64,000 nt of DNA from contig CAWFAK010000008.1 in NCBI GenBank assembly GCA_963813715.1, forward strand, positions 448,001 through 512,000. Reading direction: 5' to 3'. The DNA is from an uncultured Planctomycetaceae bacterium. GTDB lineage: Bacteria > Planctomycetota > Planctomycetia > Planctomycetales > Planctomycetaceae. Below the pieces are notes generated by a model that was not told the DNA's origin, searched no databases, and saw only the letters and a program-made list of their open reading frames with translations. Positions 1-11,864 of this stretch are shown in pieces (positions within the stretch are counted from its first letter, which is position 1; the number at the start of each line of letters is the position of its first letter). Both the position numbers and the translations under genes were made by a program.

Positions 1-2
1 CG

Positions 3-1076
3 CATCCGGATTACGGGCCCGTCGTCCGCCGCCACCTGGACGAGGCGTCGCGGGTCTGCACGCGGGTCACCGGCCGCAAGGTCAACCTGCTCGGCCGCAT
101 CCATCGCAGAGCCAAAACGACGCTCAAGAGCTACGCGCAGGACATCTGCCTGATCGTCGCCGTCGAGATGGCGCAGCTGCAGATCCTGCACGACATGTTC
201 GACGTGTCGATTTCCGACGCCAAGCTGGCGCTCGGTTACAGCCTGGGCGAGCTGGCCGCGCTCGTGGCCTGCGGCGTCTACTCGATCGAGGCGGCGATCG
301 GTCCGCTCGTGCAGCTGGCCGAAGAGGCGGCGTCGCTGGCCAACGACGTGACGCTGGGCATCCTGTTTTCCCGCGGCCCGGCCCTCGGCCACGACAAGAT
401 CGAGCAGCTGTGCCTGCAGATCAGCAACGAGGGGAAAGGGACGATCGCCGTCTCGACGATCCTCTCGCCCGACACGGTGCTGTTGATGGGGCAGGGAGAC
501 ACCCTCGACCGCTTCAAGGAGCGGATGGTGGGCGTGCTGCCCGAGACGACCCGCCTCCGGAAAAACCGCAACAAGTGGCCGCCAATCCACACCCCCATCA
601 CATGGCAAAAGAACATCCCCAACCGCGCCTCGGTGCTCTTGGAAAAAGTCCCCGGCGGCTTCAAGGCGCCCGTGCCCCCCATCCTGTCGTGCGTGACCGG
701 TGGATTCGACTACAACGCCTACAACAGCCGCGAGCTGCTCAATCGCTGGGTCGACCACCCGCAGCTGGTTTGGGACGTGGTCGATAAGACGCTGGCCTCC
801 GGCATCGAGACGATCATCCACGTCGGGCCGGAGCCGAACATTTTCCCCGACACATTCCGGCGGATCGCGCTCAACGTGGAAACGCAGCTCAACGCCCGGC
901 CGTTCGCCCGCTTCGGCGTCCGCGCCATGACCACGATCATCCGCCGCCGCAGCTGGCTGCAACGCCTGATGTCGACGGACCCGGTGCTCTTGCGAGCGCC
1001 CTACATCGAGCAAATCATTCTCGAGGACTGGCTGCTCGACCACAAACCGGGCAACGGGCATTCGCCCATCGCTTAA
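3..1076 (+). CDS. ACP S-malonyltransferase (FabD-like acyltransferase), 5'-truncated by window
   Basis: Frame is open from base 3. GYSLGE nucleophile motif (GxSxG), IHTP catalytic-His region and HVGP motif. Confidence 0.75.
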   Translation, partial: HPDYGPVVRRHLDEASRVCTRVTGRKVNLLGRIHRRAKTTLKSYAQDICLIVAVEMAQLQILHDMFDVSISDAKLALGYSLGELAALVACGVYSIEAAIGPLVQLAEEAASLANDVTLGILFSRGPALGHDKIEQLCLQISNEGKGTIAVSTILSPDTVLLMGQGDTLDRFKERMVGVLPETTRLRKNRNKWPPIHTPITWQKNIPNRASVLLEKVPGGFKAPVPPILSCVTGGFDYNAYNSRELLNRWVDHPQLVWDVVDKTLASGIETIIHVGPEPNIFPDTFRRIALNVETQLNARPFARFGVRAMTTIIRRRSWLQRLMSTDPVLLRAPYIEQIILEDWLLDHKPGNGHSPIA

Positions 1077-1105
1077 GCGCCCACACTCCGTCGGACGAAC
1101 TTCGG

Positions 1106-2383
1106 TTAATCGTGGCCGCCGCGCTCGCGGATCAATTGCAGTGCCGGTTGGCTGACAAAAACTTTCGCGTGGAACTGCTCGCCCCAAGCTAGCGGTGTGA
1201 TGGCGCGATATTCGTGCGGCGAGGTGTCGTACTCGCGGGCATAGCCCGTGTGGAGCTGTTTTCGCAGGGAGGCGCGCACGTTGGGATCGGCCCCGTGGTC
1301 GAGCAAGAGCTGCGTGAGCTTCGGGACTTGCGGCCGGTTCTGGTAGTTCATCCAGAAGTTCGGTTGCGAGACGACAGTGCCAAAGAGGGACGTGTGTCCG
1401 CCGAAGCCGTCGGCGTCGACGGCCGCTTTGGCGTCGACGGGCATTCCCCGCGCAATCAGCCAGCGGGCGATTTCCTGCTCGTCGTAATCGACGCACATGT
1501 GCAAGAGTGTCGTCCCGGCGAGCGGTGTCCCCTGCGTCGCCAGCACTTCGTCGTGGCAACCGAGTGCGGGCGGATAGATTTCCTCGTGCGTGAAGGTCCG
1601 CGTCAAGAGTGCCGGATCGCGCCGCAAATGCTCTTCGAGCAAGTCGATCCGCCCGCGGTGCAGTGCCATTGTCGGCGTGTCGGGCAGTTCGACCCCCGCG
1701 CGGAAGAAAGCCTCCAGGATTTGATGCTTGGCGACCGGGGTGCGGCTGTCGGTCTCGAGCACCACGTCCACGGGGGCGAGCAGGCGGCCGTCCTCGTCAT
1801 GAACTTGTGCTCCCAGTTCCAGCATCAGCTCGATGCCGGGGACGTTGAGCGTATACGCCGGCCCGTTTAAACAGCCCGCCCGCGGCCGCGGCTCCCCCAT
1901 CATCCGGTGCAGCATGCGAGCCGTGTCGATCTTTCCCTGCAGACTGGCCCGGTCGAGCGCATGCTCGAGGTCCGTCGCACCGCGTTCGGCCAGCGCGCGG
2001 ATGACGCGGTCGCGGCCCAGGTTGGCTGCGTAACTCAGCGGCGGACCCCAGTTGCTCCGCTCGTTGCCGTTGGCCATTTCGTGCACAAGCTGGGGATGCT
2101 TGGCGACGAGCTGGCAGATCGCGTCAACGTCGTCTTCCCAGATGGCGTCGGTCAGGCGGCAGGCGAGGACGAGCCGCGGCCAACTGGCCACCCCGTAGCT
2201 CCTCGCCAGCGCATGCTGCACTTGCGACAGCTTGATCGCACTCGGTTCGAGGGTTTCGGACAGCTGGGCCGTGATTTCGGCGAGCGCAGCCTGATCGCTG
2301 CGGCGGGCCTGGCGGAGCAGATCTTTGGCCTGGTGCCTGAGCTGCTCGAGGTTCGGACGGACGGGAAGATGACGGGCCGACAT
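1106..2383 (-). CDS. Ankyrin-repeat protein with N-terminal helical LPxRPNLEQLRxQAKDLL domain
   Basis: Ankyrin motifs (GPPLSYAANLG, GTTLLHMCV, GHTSLF, LLLDHGADPN). Strong SD GGGAGGGAG. Confidence 0.85.
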   Translation of the reverse strand: MSARHLPVRPNLEQLRHQAKDLLRQARRSDQAALAEITAQLSETLEPSAIKLSQVQHALARSYGVASWPRLVLACRLTDAIWEDDVDAICQLVAKHPQLVHEMANGNERSNWGPPLSYAANLGRDRVIRALAERGATDLEHALDRASLQGKIDTARMLHRMMGEPRPRAGCLNGPAYTLNVPGIELMLELGAQVHDEDGRLLAPVDVVLETDSRTPVAKHQILEAFFRAGVELPDTPTMALHRGRIDLLEEHLRRDPALLTRTFTHEEIYPPALGCHDEVLATQGTPLAGTTLLHMCVDYDEQEIARWLIARGMPVDAKAAVDADGFGGHTSLFGTVVSQPNFWMNYQNRPQVPKLTQLLLDHGADPNVRASLRKQLHTGYAREYDTSPHEYRAITPLAWGEQFHAKVFVSQPALQLIRERGGHD

Positions 2384-2389
2384 GACGCT

Positions 2390-2520
2390 CCCTCCCTTTG
2401 ATGGCGCCTGGTGTCCGCTCGCGTCAGGCTAAAAGGAGAGTGCGCAAAACGAATTTTCGACGTCGAGCAGGTGAACTCGGTCCTTCCCGCGGACAGGGGG
2501 CGTCCTGCACGCCGAGTTCC
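2390..2520 (-). ncRNA. Candidate structured leader RNA of the ankyrin gene
   Basis: Nested stems CGCC/GGCG, UGUCCGC/GCGGACA and GGAAGGA/UCCUUUU, plus CGAG-UUCACCUG-CUCG. Upstream TTGAAC-N17-TAGGCT promoter (2549-2521). Confidence 0.55.
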
Positions 2521-2793
2521 AGCCTAGCCCCGGTTGGACGGCCGTTCAAGACGCGAATCACGCTGCGAAATCTCGTCGTCGCGCTCCCGCTCGCGGCACG
2601 TTGACACCCTCCTCCGCCGGTCCTAGCATGGAATCTGAGGCGATGCGGTGTCGACAGTTTTGTACGCAAACTGGCTTGATCAAGTAACTTGCGGCCAGCC
2701 CCGTCCTCCCGGCCATTCCTTAAGATTCGCCGCCACTTTTCGGCCTCTCGCTTGTTTACTAATGGGTGAAAAATCCGCGTTCGCGGCGGAACT

Positions 2794-3747
2794 TTGATCA
2801 TGCCTGCGCCTAGTCGCGTCGCCCGTCTTGGCCAAAGCCACTCGGCCGCGCCCGTCATCCGCGTGACCAACTACGACCGCGTCTGGTCGACGTTGGTGGC
2901 GCTGTTGGCCGTTTTGATCGTGGCCGTTTGGTTCCTGTTCCTGGTGTGGGACAGTTTTCGGCCGCACGTCGCCAAGATGCAGCAGGCAATCGAGGTGATC
3001 GAAGACGAGAGCGGCGGGATCGAGGGGGGCTCTCCCACCGAATCGCTCAAGCTCGAAGGGACCGGCCCCGAACGCGCCGATGCCAGCCCGAGCGAAGCAT
3101 CCGACGACAGCCGGCCCGAGGTGGAGAACGTGCTGCAAAGCGTCTCGCTCGAGGCGGCCAGTGCCGCAACGTCCGGCGCCGTGGCGGCCGGTGCGTCCGA
3201 TCAGCTGGAGCTCGACACGGCTCCGGTCGCCACTCCCAAGGGGGGATTTGCCCGCGGCACGGGAACCAAGCCCGCGCTCGGCGGCGGTCCGGGCTCGAAA
3301 GGCGGCTGGCCGCGGCACCAGCGGTGGTACGTGTTCTTTTCCGACGAAGGTTCGCTCACCCAGTACACCAAGGAACTCGACTTCTTCGGCATCGAGATCG
3401 GCGCGCTGATGCCCGATCACACGATCACCTACGTCTCGCAGTTGTCGACCGACAAGCCCGTCGTGCGAAGCGCGGCTGACGGCGAGGAGGAGAAGCGGCT
3501 CTTCTTCACCTGGCAGGGGGGTAAGCGGCGGTCGGCCGACGTGGAACTGTTCACCAAGGCCGGCGTTTCCATCGGCCCCGATACGATCATCTTCCACTTC
3601 TATCCGCCCGCCACCGAAAACATGCTCGCCACGAGAGAGCGGGCCTATCGGGATCGCCCCGTCCGGGAAATCCGCCGGACCTTCTTCCAGGTCGTTCCGG
3701 CCGGGGAAGGATTCGACTTCGAGGTCACGCGCCAGGTGTATTACTGA
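2794..3747 (+). CDS. Membrane-anchored hypothetical protein (planctomycete type)
   Basis: One N-terminal TM helix, acidic/Gly-rich linker and globular C-terminus. First gene of a tightly coupled operon. Confidence 0.7.
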   Translation: MIMPAPSRVARLGQSHSAAPVIRVTNYDRVWSTLVALLAVLIVAVWFLFLVWDSFRPHVAKMQQAIEVIEDESGGIEGGSPTESLKLEGTGPERADASPSEASDDSRPEVENVLQSVSLEAASAATSGAVAAGASDQLELDTAPVATPKGGFARGTGTKPALGGGPGSKGGWPRHQRWYVFFSDEGSLTQYTKELDFFGIEIGALMPDHTITYVSQLSTDKPVVRSAADGEEEKRLFFTWQGGKRRSADVELFTKAGVSIGPDTIIFHFYPPATENMLATRERAYRDRPVREIRRTFFQVVPAGEGFDFEVTRQVYY

Positions 3748-3749
3748 GC

Positions 3750-6700
3750 ATGAGTGAACACACGGCGATGCTGGGTCTCGAAATTCATAACGGGGAACAA
3801 CCCGTCGAGACCCTGCGCATTTCCCGCCTGCAGCCGATCTGCATCGGGCGGCACGCCTCCAACGATATTTGCATCGACGACGAGGATGTGGCGCCGATTC
3901 ATTGCCGTGTCGCCTGGAACGGCGCGGACTTCGAGGTGGCCGCGGCCAATCGCGACGGCGTGGACGTCAACGGCACGCTGGTGCGGCACTCGGCCCTCAA
4001 GGCGGGCGACGTGATGCGGATCGGCCCGGCGGACCTGTTCGTGCGGAACAGCGAGGAACCGGAACCGGTGCTGCAGGCCGTCGCCGACGATTCGGCGCAG
4101 GACCTGTCGCTCCCAATGATTCCCGACCCCAAGTCGTCCGCCGCCAATCCGGCGATTGTCTCGGGCGAAGTGCCGCTGCGTCCGATGACCGAGGATGCCC
4201 TGCCGGTGCGCCAAGGTTGGGACCGTCGCGCTTTTAGCGGTGGCAAACCCTGGTCGGGAATGGGCGAGCGGCTCTCGCGCGAAGCGGCGAAAAAGCCGGA
4301 GCCGCCGGCTCCTGTGCCCGCCCCCATGCCGACGAGCGACGTCATCGGCGCGCTGCTCGAAGAAGACAAAGCCCCGGAAAGCGATGTGCCGCTGCCGCTT
4401 TCACCCCGGAGCGCGAAGCCGCGCCCGCTCGGTGCGCGACTCTCCGAACGTTTGGCGGCGAAGCGTGTGCGGCCCGGCGAGCAGGAAGCCCTGCGGTCGC
4501 CGATCATCCTCGGAATGCTCGGGTTCACGCTGGCGCTGGGGCTGGCGGCGGCGGCGATTTATTTCGTGATCGGCCGCGAATCGACCAAGCAGGAGTTCGA
4601 CGCCGCGTCGGCAGAATTCGACGCGCACCATTACGGCCAATCGTCCGAGATGTTCGAAAAGTTCATCGCCCGCCACAAAGGACACGCACTCGCGGCCGAT
4701 GCCCAATACAAGATGTGGGACGCCAATATCTTGAAGGAGATTGCCGGCAGCTCGCCGGCATGGAAGCGCGGACTGGACACGGTGGTGCAGTCGATCGACG
4801 CGAACCGCGATCGCAAGGATTTCCGCGATCACTTTTCGGCGCTCGCCGACTTCCTCACGCGGATTGCGCTGGGGGCCTCGGCAACGGCGCAAAGCACGTC
4901 CGACCGTAGCCAGCTCGACGTGTCGCAAGCCGCCGAAGCCATGCTGCCCCGTTATTTTCCGGATGGAAAAATCCCGCCCGAGTTGACGGTCAAGTTGAAA
5001 GTCGCCTACACGACCGCGCAGGAGGCAATCATCAAGCACGAGATCGTGTCCGCGGGCATCGCCGAGATTGAAAAGAACAACGCCGCGAAGCAGCCGATGG
5101 CGGCGCTCGCCGCCCGCCGCACGCTCTTGGACCGCTACCCCAACATGGCCTCCGAGCCGCGGTTTGCCGCGCAGCTCAAGCAGACGCTCGACGTCGAAAA
5201 GGGGCTCGTCGTCCGCGAAGAGCTCAATAAGCCGGCCCTGCCGCGCCAGCGCACGCCGCGGCGCGGATGCTCACGCTGACGCTGCACGCTCGCTCGCGGA
5301 CCGAAGAGCCGGCCGGCACGCGTCCCGTCTTTGTGCTGGCCAAGGACTGCTGCTACGCCGTCGACCACGTGACGGGCGAGCCGATCTGGCGGCGGTCGCT
5401 CGGCTTGGACACTCCCTTCTTTCCGGTCAAAGTCGAAACGGCCGTTCCCGGGCTGTTGGTGTTCAACTCCAACCGTCTGTCGCTGATGCTGCTCGATCGC
5501 AAGACAGGCGAGCCGATCTGGGAACAGCCGATCGACGAGGCCGTGTCGGGTGCGCCGCTTGTCGATCAGGGACAGATTTATCTGGCAACGGCCGGCCGAC
5601 ATCTCGACAAGATCGATCTGGAGACCGGCCGCTTGACCACGCGGCTCACGTTCTCGCAAAAAATTCTCGCGCCGCCGGCTCTGTCCCGCGACAAAGAGCG
5701 GCTGATCGTTGCGGGCGACGCCTCACTGATTTACACGCTCACTACGTCGCCGCTTTCGTGCATCCGCGTCACCGACATGAATCACGCGGCCGGGTCGCTC
5801 GTCAACGGCGTGACGGCGGTCGGCGGGCTGGTGCTGTTGACCGAGCCGGGGCGAACGTCGGGCACGCGTCTGCACGTCTTCGCCGCCCAGAGTGACGAAG
5901 CATGGCTCAAGCCGGTCGACGTGCAAACGGTAGAGGGGCAAGTCCGTGACGCTCCGGTGATCTACGGCAAAATGCTGTTCGTGTCCTCGGTGCCGGCGCG
6001 GATTACCGCCTTCACTGTCTCCGACACGCCCGGACAGGAAGTCGCTCACGCCGACGACGAGCGTCGTCATTCCCAATCAGCAAGACAGCCCGATCTTCCT
6101 CTCGCCCGGTCCCGATGGGCAGCTCTGGATGGCCGGCAGCTCGGTCCGCCAGCTACAGCTGAAGCTCAACTCGCAGACCTTTTCGCTCAACTCGGCCGAG
6201 ATCGCCGTCGGCATCAGTTCGCAGCCGCTGCAAGTGGTGGGGCAGTATCTGTACGCCGCCCGCCGCGTTCCCTATGCCGAGAGCGTGTTGTTTTCCGAAA
6301 TCGACCGCGAGCCGATGACGGGCCAATGGCGCACGGTGTTCGGGTCGTCGATCATCGGCTCCAGCGTGTTCCGCGGCGGCGAGATCGTGACCGTGGGTGA
6401 AGCGGGCGAAGTCTTCGCGACCGACCCGGGCGAGCTCGACGCGTCGGCATTCAAGTCGTCGGCCAGCTCCTTCATCAAGCCCGATCCGAAGACTGACCTG
6501 CCCCTGCGGGCGACGCGGCTCCACGATGGCCGTATTGCCGTCGACTCGGCGGGGCCCACGCCGACGGTCTGGTTCGTGGGGCCGGGCGGACAGATCTCTC
6601 ATTCGTTCCCATTGGAAAAACCGCTCGACGCGCCGCCGGTCGAGCTGTCGGCCGGACTCGTGCTGCCGTTGCCCGGTCGTTTGCGGCTCGTCAGTCCCAC

Positions 6701-7391
6701 AAGCGGGATGGCCGCGGCCGACGATCAGCTCGCGCCGGTCGAGGGGGGCAAGTCGGCCATCTGGAAGTCGGTCGCTCGCGTGTCGGACAACCAGCTGGTC
6801 GCGCTCGACAGCCGCGGCCGGCTCGCCGTCTCTCAATATCGCACGGATCCGGTCCGCAGCCTGGCCGAGGTCGTCTCCAAAACACTCGACAAACCGAGCG
6901 ACACCGGGCTGGCCGTCGTGGGATCGCGGATCGTCTACGCGACCGACGATGGGATGTTGCACTTCCTCGACGCGGCTACGCTTGAGCCGGTCGCCGCGCA
7001 CAAGTTGTCGTCCCCCGTCGTCGGGCGGCTGTGGAGTGTCGGCACGACGGTGTTGGCCGAAACGCGCGACCATGAGCTGACCGCCTACGAAACGAGCGGA
7101 ACGCCCAAGCTGCTGTTTGTGGCGGCGCTCGGCGAGTCGGGATCTTCCGGTCCTCCGGCACTATTGGGCGGCCGGCTGATCGTCGCCGAACGCGACGGCA
7201 CCGTCGTGAGCCTCGATCCCGCGAAGGGAACCGTGATCTCTCGCGTCGCACTCGAGCAGCCGCTCGCCGGCGGCGTGCTGGACGTCAACGGTCACCCGGT
7301 CGTCACCACGATCGACGGCAGCTTGTGCCGCGTCGATTCCGTGCTCGAAGCCACGAAGTCAGGACTCGAGTCGCCGAAGAAGGGACCATGA
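3750..7391 (+). CDS. FHA domain + TM + TPR-like + PQQ-like (BamB-type) beta-propeller protein; frameshifted (ORFs 3750-5279, 5267-6400, 6129-7391)
   Basis: FHA motif IGRHASNDICIDDEDVAPIHC. Propeller blades (AVDHVTGEPIW, LLDRKTGEPIW, SLDPAKG). Three overlapping ORFs are collinear. Confidence 0.75.
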
Positions 7392-10090
7392 AGCACTCGC
7401 GTGGCTGGTTTCGGTTCTCGCGCGCTCGCTGCTCCCCGATTGTGGCGGCACTGGTGGCCGCCGCGCTCGATTCTGGGCGGATTGACGCGCCCTTCGGCCC
7501 GCGCCTTCCAGGATGACGAACCGCAGCCCGGTGCGCAGGGCGACAAAATCGGGCCGTCCACCGAAGGCCGCCAAGCCGCCGAAGACGAAAGAAAAGCCAC
7601 CGAAAGAAGAAGTCAAGCGGACCGCCAAGAAAGACGCGGAGCCCGAGGACGACGATTCCAGCGACGATTCGAAGAAGCTCGGGGACCTGAAGAAACAGCA
7701 AAAGTTTCCCCGCCTCGCGGAGATGGCCGTTCCGACGGTCGCGCAGTTGAACCAGCGGCCCGTCGACTGGCTGGTGCTCGACTCGTTGAACAAGGGCAAC
7801 CCGGAAGTGCTGGCCGTCAAGCAGGTCTACCCGCGTCCCGACACGTTGCAAAAGATGGCCGACGAACTCGCCACCCTGCGCAAACGTCCGCGTCCGGCGA
7901 CAACTGAAGAGCGCGAGAAGCTCGACGCGCAAAAGGCCGACCTGCAAAAACTCATGATCGCGCTGCCGAACGACACGGCGGGGCAGCTCTACGAGATCCC
8001 CACGAACAAGATCGATCGCATTATTTATCACGAAGACCTGATCATTCGGCGGGCCGGTCTGTTGGCCGATCAGAACAGATTTCGCGACGCGCTCGAGCTC
8101 CTCTACCCACTCGAACGAACGGTGCCGCGTTGGAAGGGACTCAAGGAAGAGGCGCGTCGCATGCTGTTGCGGGAGGCCCGCTCGTCGATCCAGAGCGGCG
8201 ATTATCTGGGGGCCTGGATGTCGCTGACGGAACTGCGAGGCCGCGACCGCGGCTATTCCGGGCTGCAAACGGCGCTGGGGGACACCACCGACAAACTGAT
8301 CGAATCGGCCCGCCAGTCGCACGACGATCGGCGGGCCCGCCACTTTCTCGGCCAACTCGCGCGGATTGAGCCGCAACACGAGACGGTTGCGAAGTGGAAC
8401 CGCTTCCTGCACGACGAAACGCAAAACTTGATCAACACCGCGCTCGAGGCGGAGCGCGGCGGACATTACGCCGTCGCAGCGGAAAAAATCGATCGCGCCG
8501 CACACATCTGGCCGACAGTCCTCGGCTTGACCGAGGCGCATTGCGCGATCTGCGAGCGCTATCAGCGGCTGTCGGTTGGCACGATGAACCTGGCCGGCGA
8601 TTCGGCCGGATTGCCTTATTCGACGTTGTCCGACCAGCGGGCCACCCGGCTCTCCCAATTCGACTTGTTCGAGGTCGACCGCGTCGACGATGCCACCCAT
8701 TACCGCAGCCGTCTGCTCGAGCAGTGGGAGCCGACCGATCTGGGACGGCGGGCATTTTTCGCGCTGCGGCGAACACGGGCCCGCTGGGAATCGCGGCCCA
8801 ACCTGACGGCTGTTTCGGTCATGTCCACGCTCCGCGCGTTCATCGATCCGGCCAGTCCCGCGTACGACGAACGCTTCGCCAGTTACGTCGACGGCGTGCA
8901 GCTGCGTTCGCCGCTGGAGCTGGAGATTCGCTTTTCGCATGCGCCGCCGCGGCTGGAGCCGCTGTTTCGTTTTCCGATTTACGCGCCCGGCGGGTCGGCC
9001 GCAATTGGAGGCGCGTCGAACGGCAGTGCGGGACATTCGGGACTCGGTCCCGTGTTGACTCGACGGTTTGAGCACTCGCGCCCGTCGCCGGATGAAGCCG
9101 TCTTTCGCCGCGTCTACCCGCAGCCGGACGGCTTGGATCAATACCAGGTCGCCGAGGTGGACGAGCGCCGCTACGATTCGCCGCAGCACGAGATTCAGGC
9201 CCTGATGCGGGGCGATATTTCGATGTTGATCGATCTGCCCCCCTGGGCCTTCGAGCCGATCCGCAAGGACACGCACTTTTTCTTCCTCGACTACGCGATT
9301 CCGACCACGCACGTGCTGCAGCTCAATCCGCAAAGCGTGCCGCTCAAGAGTCGCGAGCTGCGCTTGGCCCTTTCGTACGCCGTCGACGCTCAGCGAATTT
9401 TGTCGCAGCGAATCCTTCGCGATCCCGAATCCAAGGCGGGGCGGCTGACCACGGCGCCCTATGCCACGACGAGCTACGCCTACAACGGCCTGCTGCCGCG
9501 GCGCGAGTTCAGCACGGGCATGGCATTCGGCCTGCACGCGGCCGCGGTCAAGCGACTGACCACCATTCCGCGGCTGAAACTCCTGTGCGAACGCGATCCC
9601 GAGACCCAGTCGGCCGCCGAAGAGATCGTCGCGCAGTGGAAACGAGTCGGCATCGATGCCGAGCTGGTGTCGCCTCCGGCTGCGACAAATTCGGCGAAAG
9701 CAAATGCTGCGGCCGACCGCGCACGCGCCACTCCAGTGGGATCTCGCCTATCGCAAGCTGCGGATGGAGGAGCCGCTGACCGAGATATGGCCGTTCCTCA
9801 CTCTCGGCTCGGGAGCGCGGTTGGAGAGCATGCGGACCGTGCCCGACTGGTTGAGGCTCGAGCTGTTGGATCTCGACGGCGCCCCGGATTGGAAATCAGT
9901 CGTCAATCGCCTGCAGACGCTGCAGAGCCATCTCTATGCCGAGGTGGCCTACATCCCGCTCTTCGAAGTCGACAACACCATCGTGCTCCGCAAGAACGTG
10001 CACGATTTTCCGGCTTACAAGTTCGTCAACTGCTACCAGGACGTCGAACGCTGGATCGTGCAGTCCTGGATTCCGGAGGATGAGCCATGA
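7388..10090 (+). CDS. ABC transporter family-5 substrate-binding-like protein with N-terminal helical/TPR extension; frameshifted
   Basis: ATGA overlap with upstream stop. SBP5-like segments (LQLNPQSVPLKSRELRLALSYAVD, IVAQWKRVGIDAEL, YIPLF). Confidence 0.65.
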
Positions 10091-11805
10091 AGGCCGGGCA
10101 CACGCGGTCTCTTTGGCTGTTGATCTCCGTGACGTTGATCTCCGCCTCTTTGATCGGTCCGGCCCGGGCGGCCGAGTCGGCGCCGCTGGGACGTGTCGAC
10201 TATTTGCCCTACCAAGTCTCGGTCTTTGTCGGCTTTGCCCCGGACGTCGAGTCGACGGGCATCTTTCGGCAATCGGTCTGTGCGACGCTGCGAACGCGGC
10301 TGGAACAAACGTTCGGTGCGACCTGGATCCTTTCAGCCGGCGCGGACGTTGTGATCGACACTCGGCTGACGCCCGCCGACGCGTCCGGACTCGAGCGGAT
10401 GAGTTACGCGTCGGCAGCCGCACGCCTGGCGAACGTGGCGTGCGATAAGGCGTACTTTCTGTCGGTCAGCCGCCATGGGACGCAGTGGCAGGTCGCCGGC
10501 CGCGAATGGGACCGGACCCTGCAAACGCTGGGGGCGATCGCTTTGGAACAAACCGACGAACGGCGACGCGTGCCGGATACGGCGCTCGCCGTCGTCATGC
10601 GGCTCTTTTCTCCGCTGTTGATCATCAATGATGCGGACCGCGACTCGAAATCGGCACTGCTGACGGTTCGGGCGGGATCGATTCCGTTTGGCGATCCGAA
10701 GTTCGCGCCTCTCAAGCCGGGCGACATTCTCGAACCCGTGTTTCGCTTCTTCGACTCGAAACGCAACCTCCGCGGCATTCAGTCGGTTCCCTGGACGTAT
10801 CTGGTGCTGAGCGCAGATGCGATCGAGCACGGCCAGGTGAAGGCGACGGTCGTCAGCTCGTACCGCGCGCCGCTTGCGGCCAACATGCGCCGTCGCGTCG
10901 AAGCCGTCGCGTTCAAAGTCCGCCGCGACTTTTCGTCGACGCGCCTGAAGATCGTCGCCGGCCGCGAGCCGGCCCGCCCGCAGGGTGGGTTGTTTGTTAC
11001 CGTCGGCGAGCTGCCGCCCGATCGGCCTGCCCCACCACCCGCTGCCGCGGCGAACGCCGAAAAGAAAGAGGAGACCCCGTCGGCCCCCGCCGACAAAAAG
11101 GAGGGGGAAGCGCCGCCGCCCGGCCCGCCGGTGCTGCGGCTGTTGTCCGATCGGTGGGGCGAGGTGACGATCCCCGTCGATCCCCAACATGCGATCGTGC
11201 GCGTCGAAGTGCATAGCGGCACGGCCATCCTAGCTCGGCGTCCGTTCGTGCCGGGGCTCGAAGCTGAAGCGATTCTGCAGGTGCCCGACGACCACGTGCG
11301 GCTGGGAGCCGAGCGGGAGATCGACATTCTGGAAAGTCAGCTGATCGAGACGGTGGCCCGCCGCGGGGCAGCCCTCGCGAAGACGCGGGCCGCCATCAGC
11401 CACAGCGACCCTGTTGCCGCCCAGAAAACGCTGGCGGACGTCGAGCGATTGCCCGTGGCCGACAATTATTTCGCGCAGCTCAACGAGATCCGCGTGCTGG
11501 CGTTGGAAGAGGCGCACAATCGCAAGGATCGCGTGGCCGAGCGGCGGATCGAGGATTTGTGCGCGAAGACGCTCCAGCGGATCACGCAGTACCTTCCCGA
11601 CGATCGCCTCGCCGTTTTCAAGGAAGAAGTGGCCAATCTGGTGAAGTCGAAAGCCGTCCAGGCCGCGGAGGCGCAGTCGCCGCTCCGCCGCAAAGACGCG
11701 CCCGCTCCCCCGACCGACGTGGCGCCGCTGCGCCGGGGAGCGCCGAAAAAGACGCCGCTCAAGCGGGGAACGCACGAAGGCGGAGCGCAGCCGGCTGGCA
11801 TCTGA
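10087..11805 (+). CDS. Secreted hypothetical protein
   Basis: Signal peptide, ATGA coupling to upstream gene, 572-aa ORF. Confidence 0.7.
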   Translation: MKAGHTRSLWLLISVTLISASLIGPARAAESAPLGRVDYLPYQVSVFVGFAPDVESTGIFRQSVCATLRTRLEQTFGATWILSAGADVVIDTRLTPADASGLERMSYASAAARLANVACDKAYFLSVSRHGTQWQVAGREWDRTLQTLGAIALEQTDERRRVPDTALAVVMRLFSPLLIINDADRDSKSALLTVRAGSIPFGDPKFAPLKPGDILEPVFRFFDSKRNLRGIQSVPWTYLVLSADAIEHGQVKATVVSSYRAPLAANMRRRVEAVAFKVRRDFSSTRLKIVAGREPARPQGGLFVTVGELPPDRPAPPPAAAANAEKKEETPSAPADKKEGEAPPPGPPVLRLLSDRWGEVTIPVDPQHAIVRVEVHSGTAILARRPFVPGLEAEAILQVPDDHVRLGAEREIDILESQLIETVARRGAALAKTRAAISHSDPVAAQKTLADVERLPVADNYFAQLNEIRVLALEEAHNRKDRVAERRIEDLCAKTLQRITQYLPDDRLAVFKEEVANLVKSKAVQAAEAQSPLRRKDAPAPPTDVAPLRRGAPKKTPLKRGTHEGGAQPAGI

Positions 11806-11864
11806 TCGCACCCTGACGAGCCGTCACCGCGAGCGCAAAGCGAGCACGATCGCACGGCAGGAGG

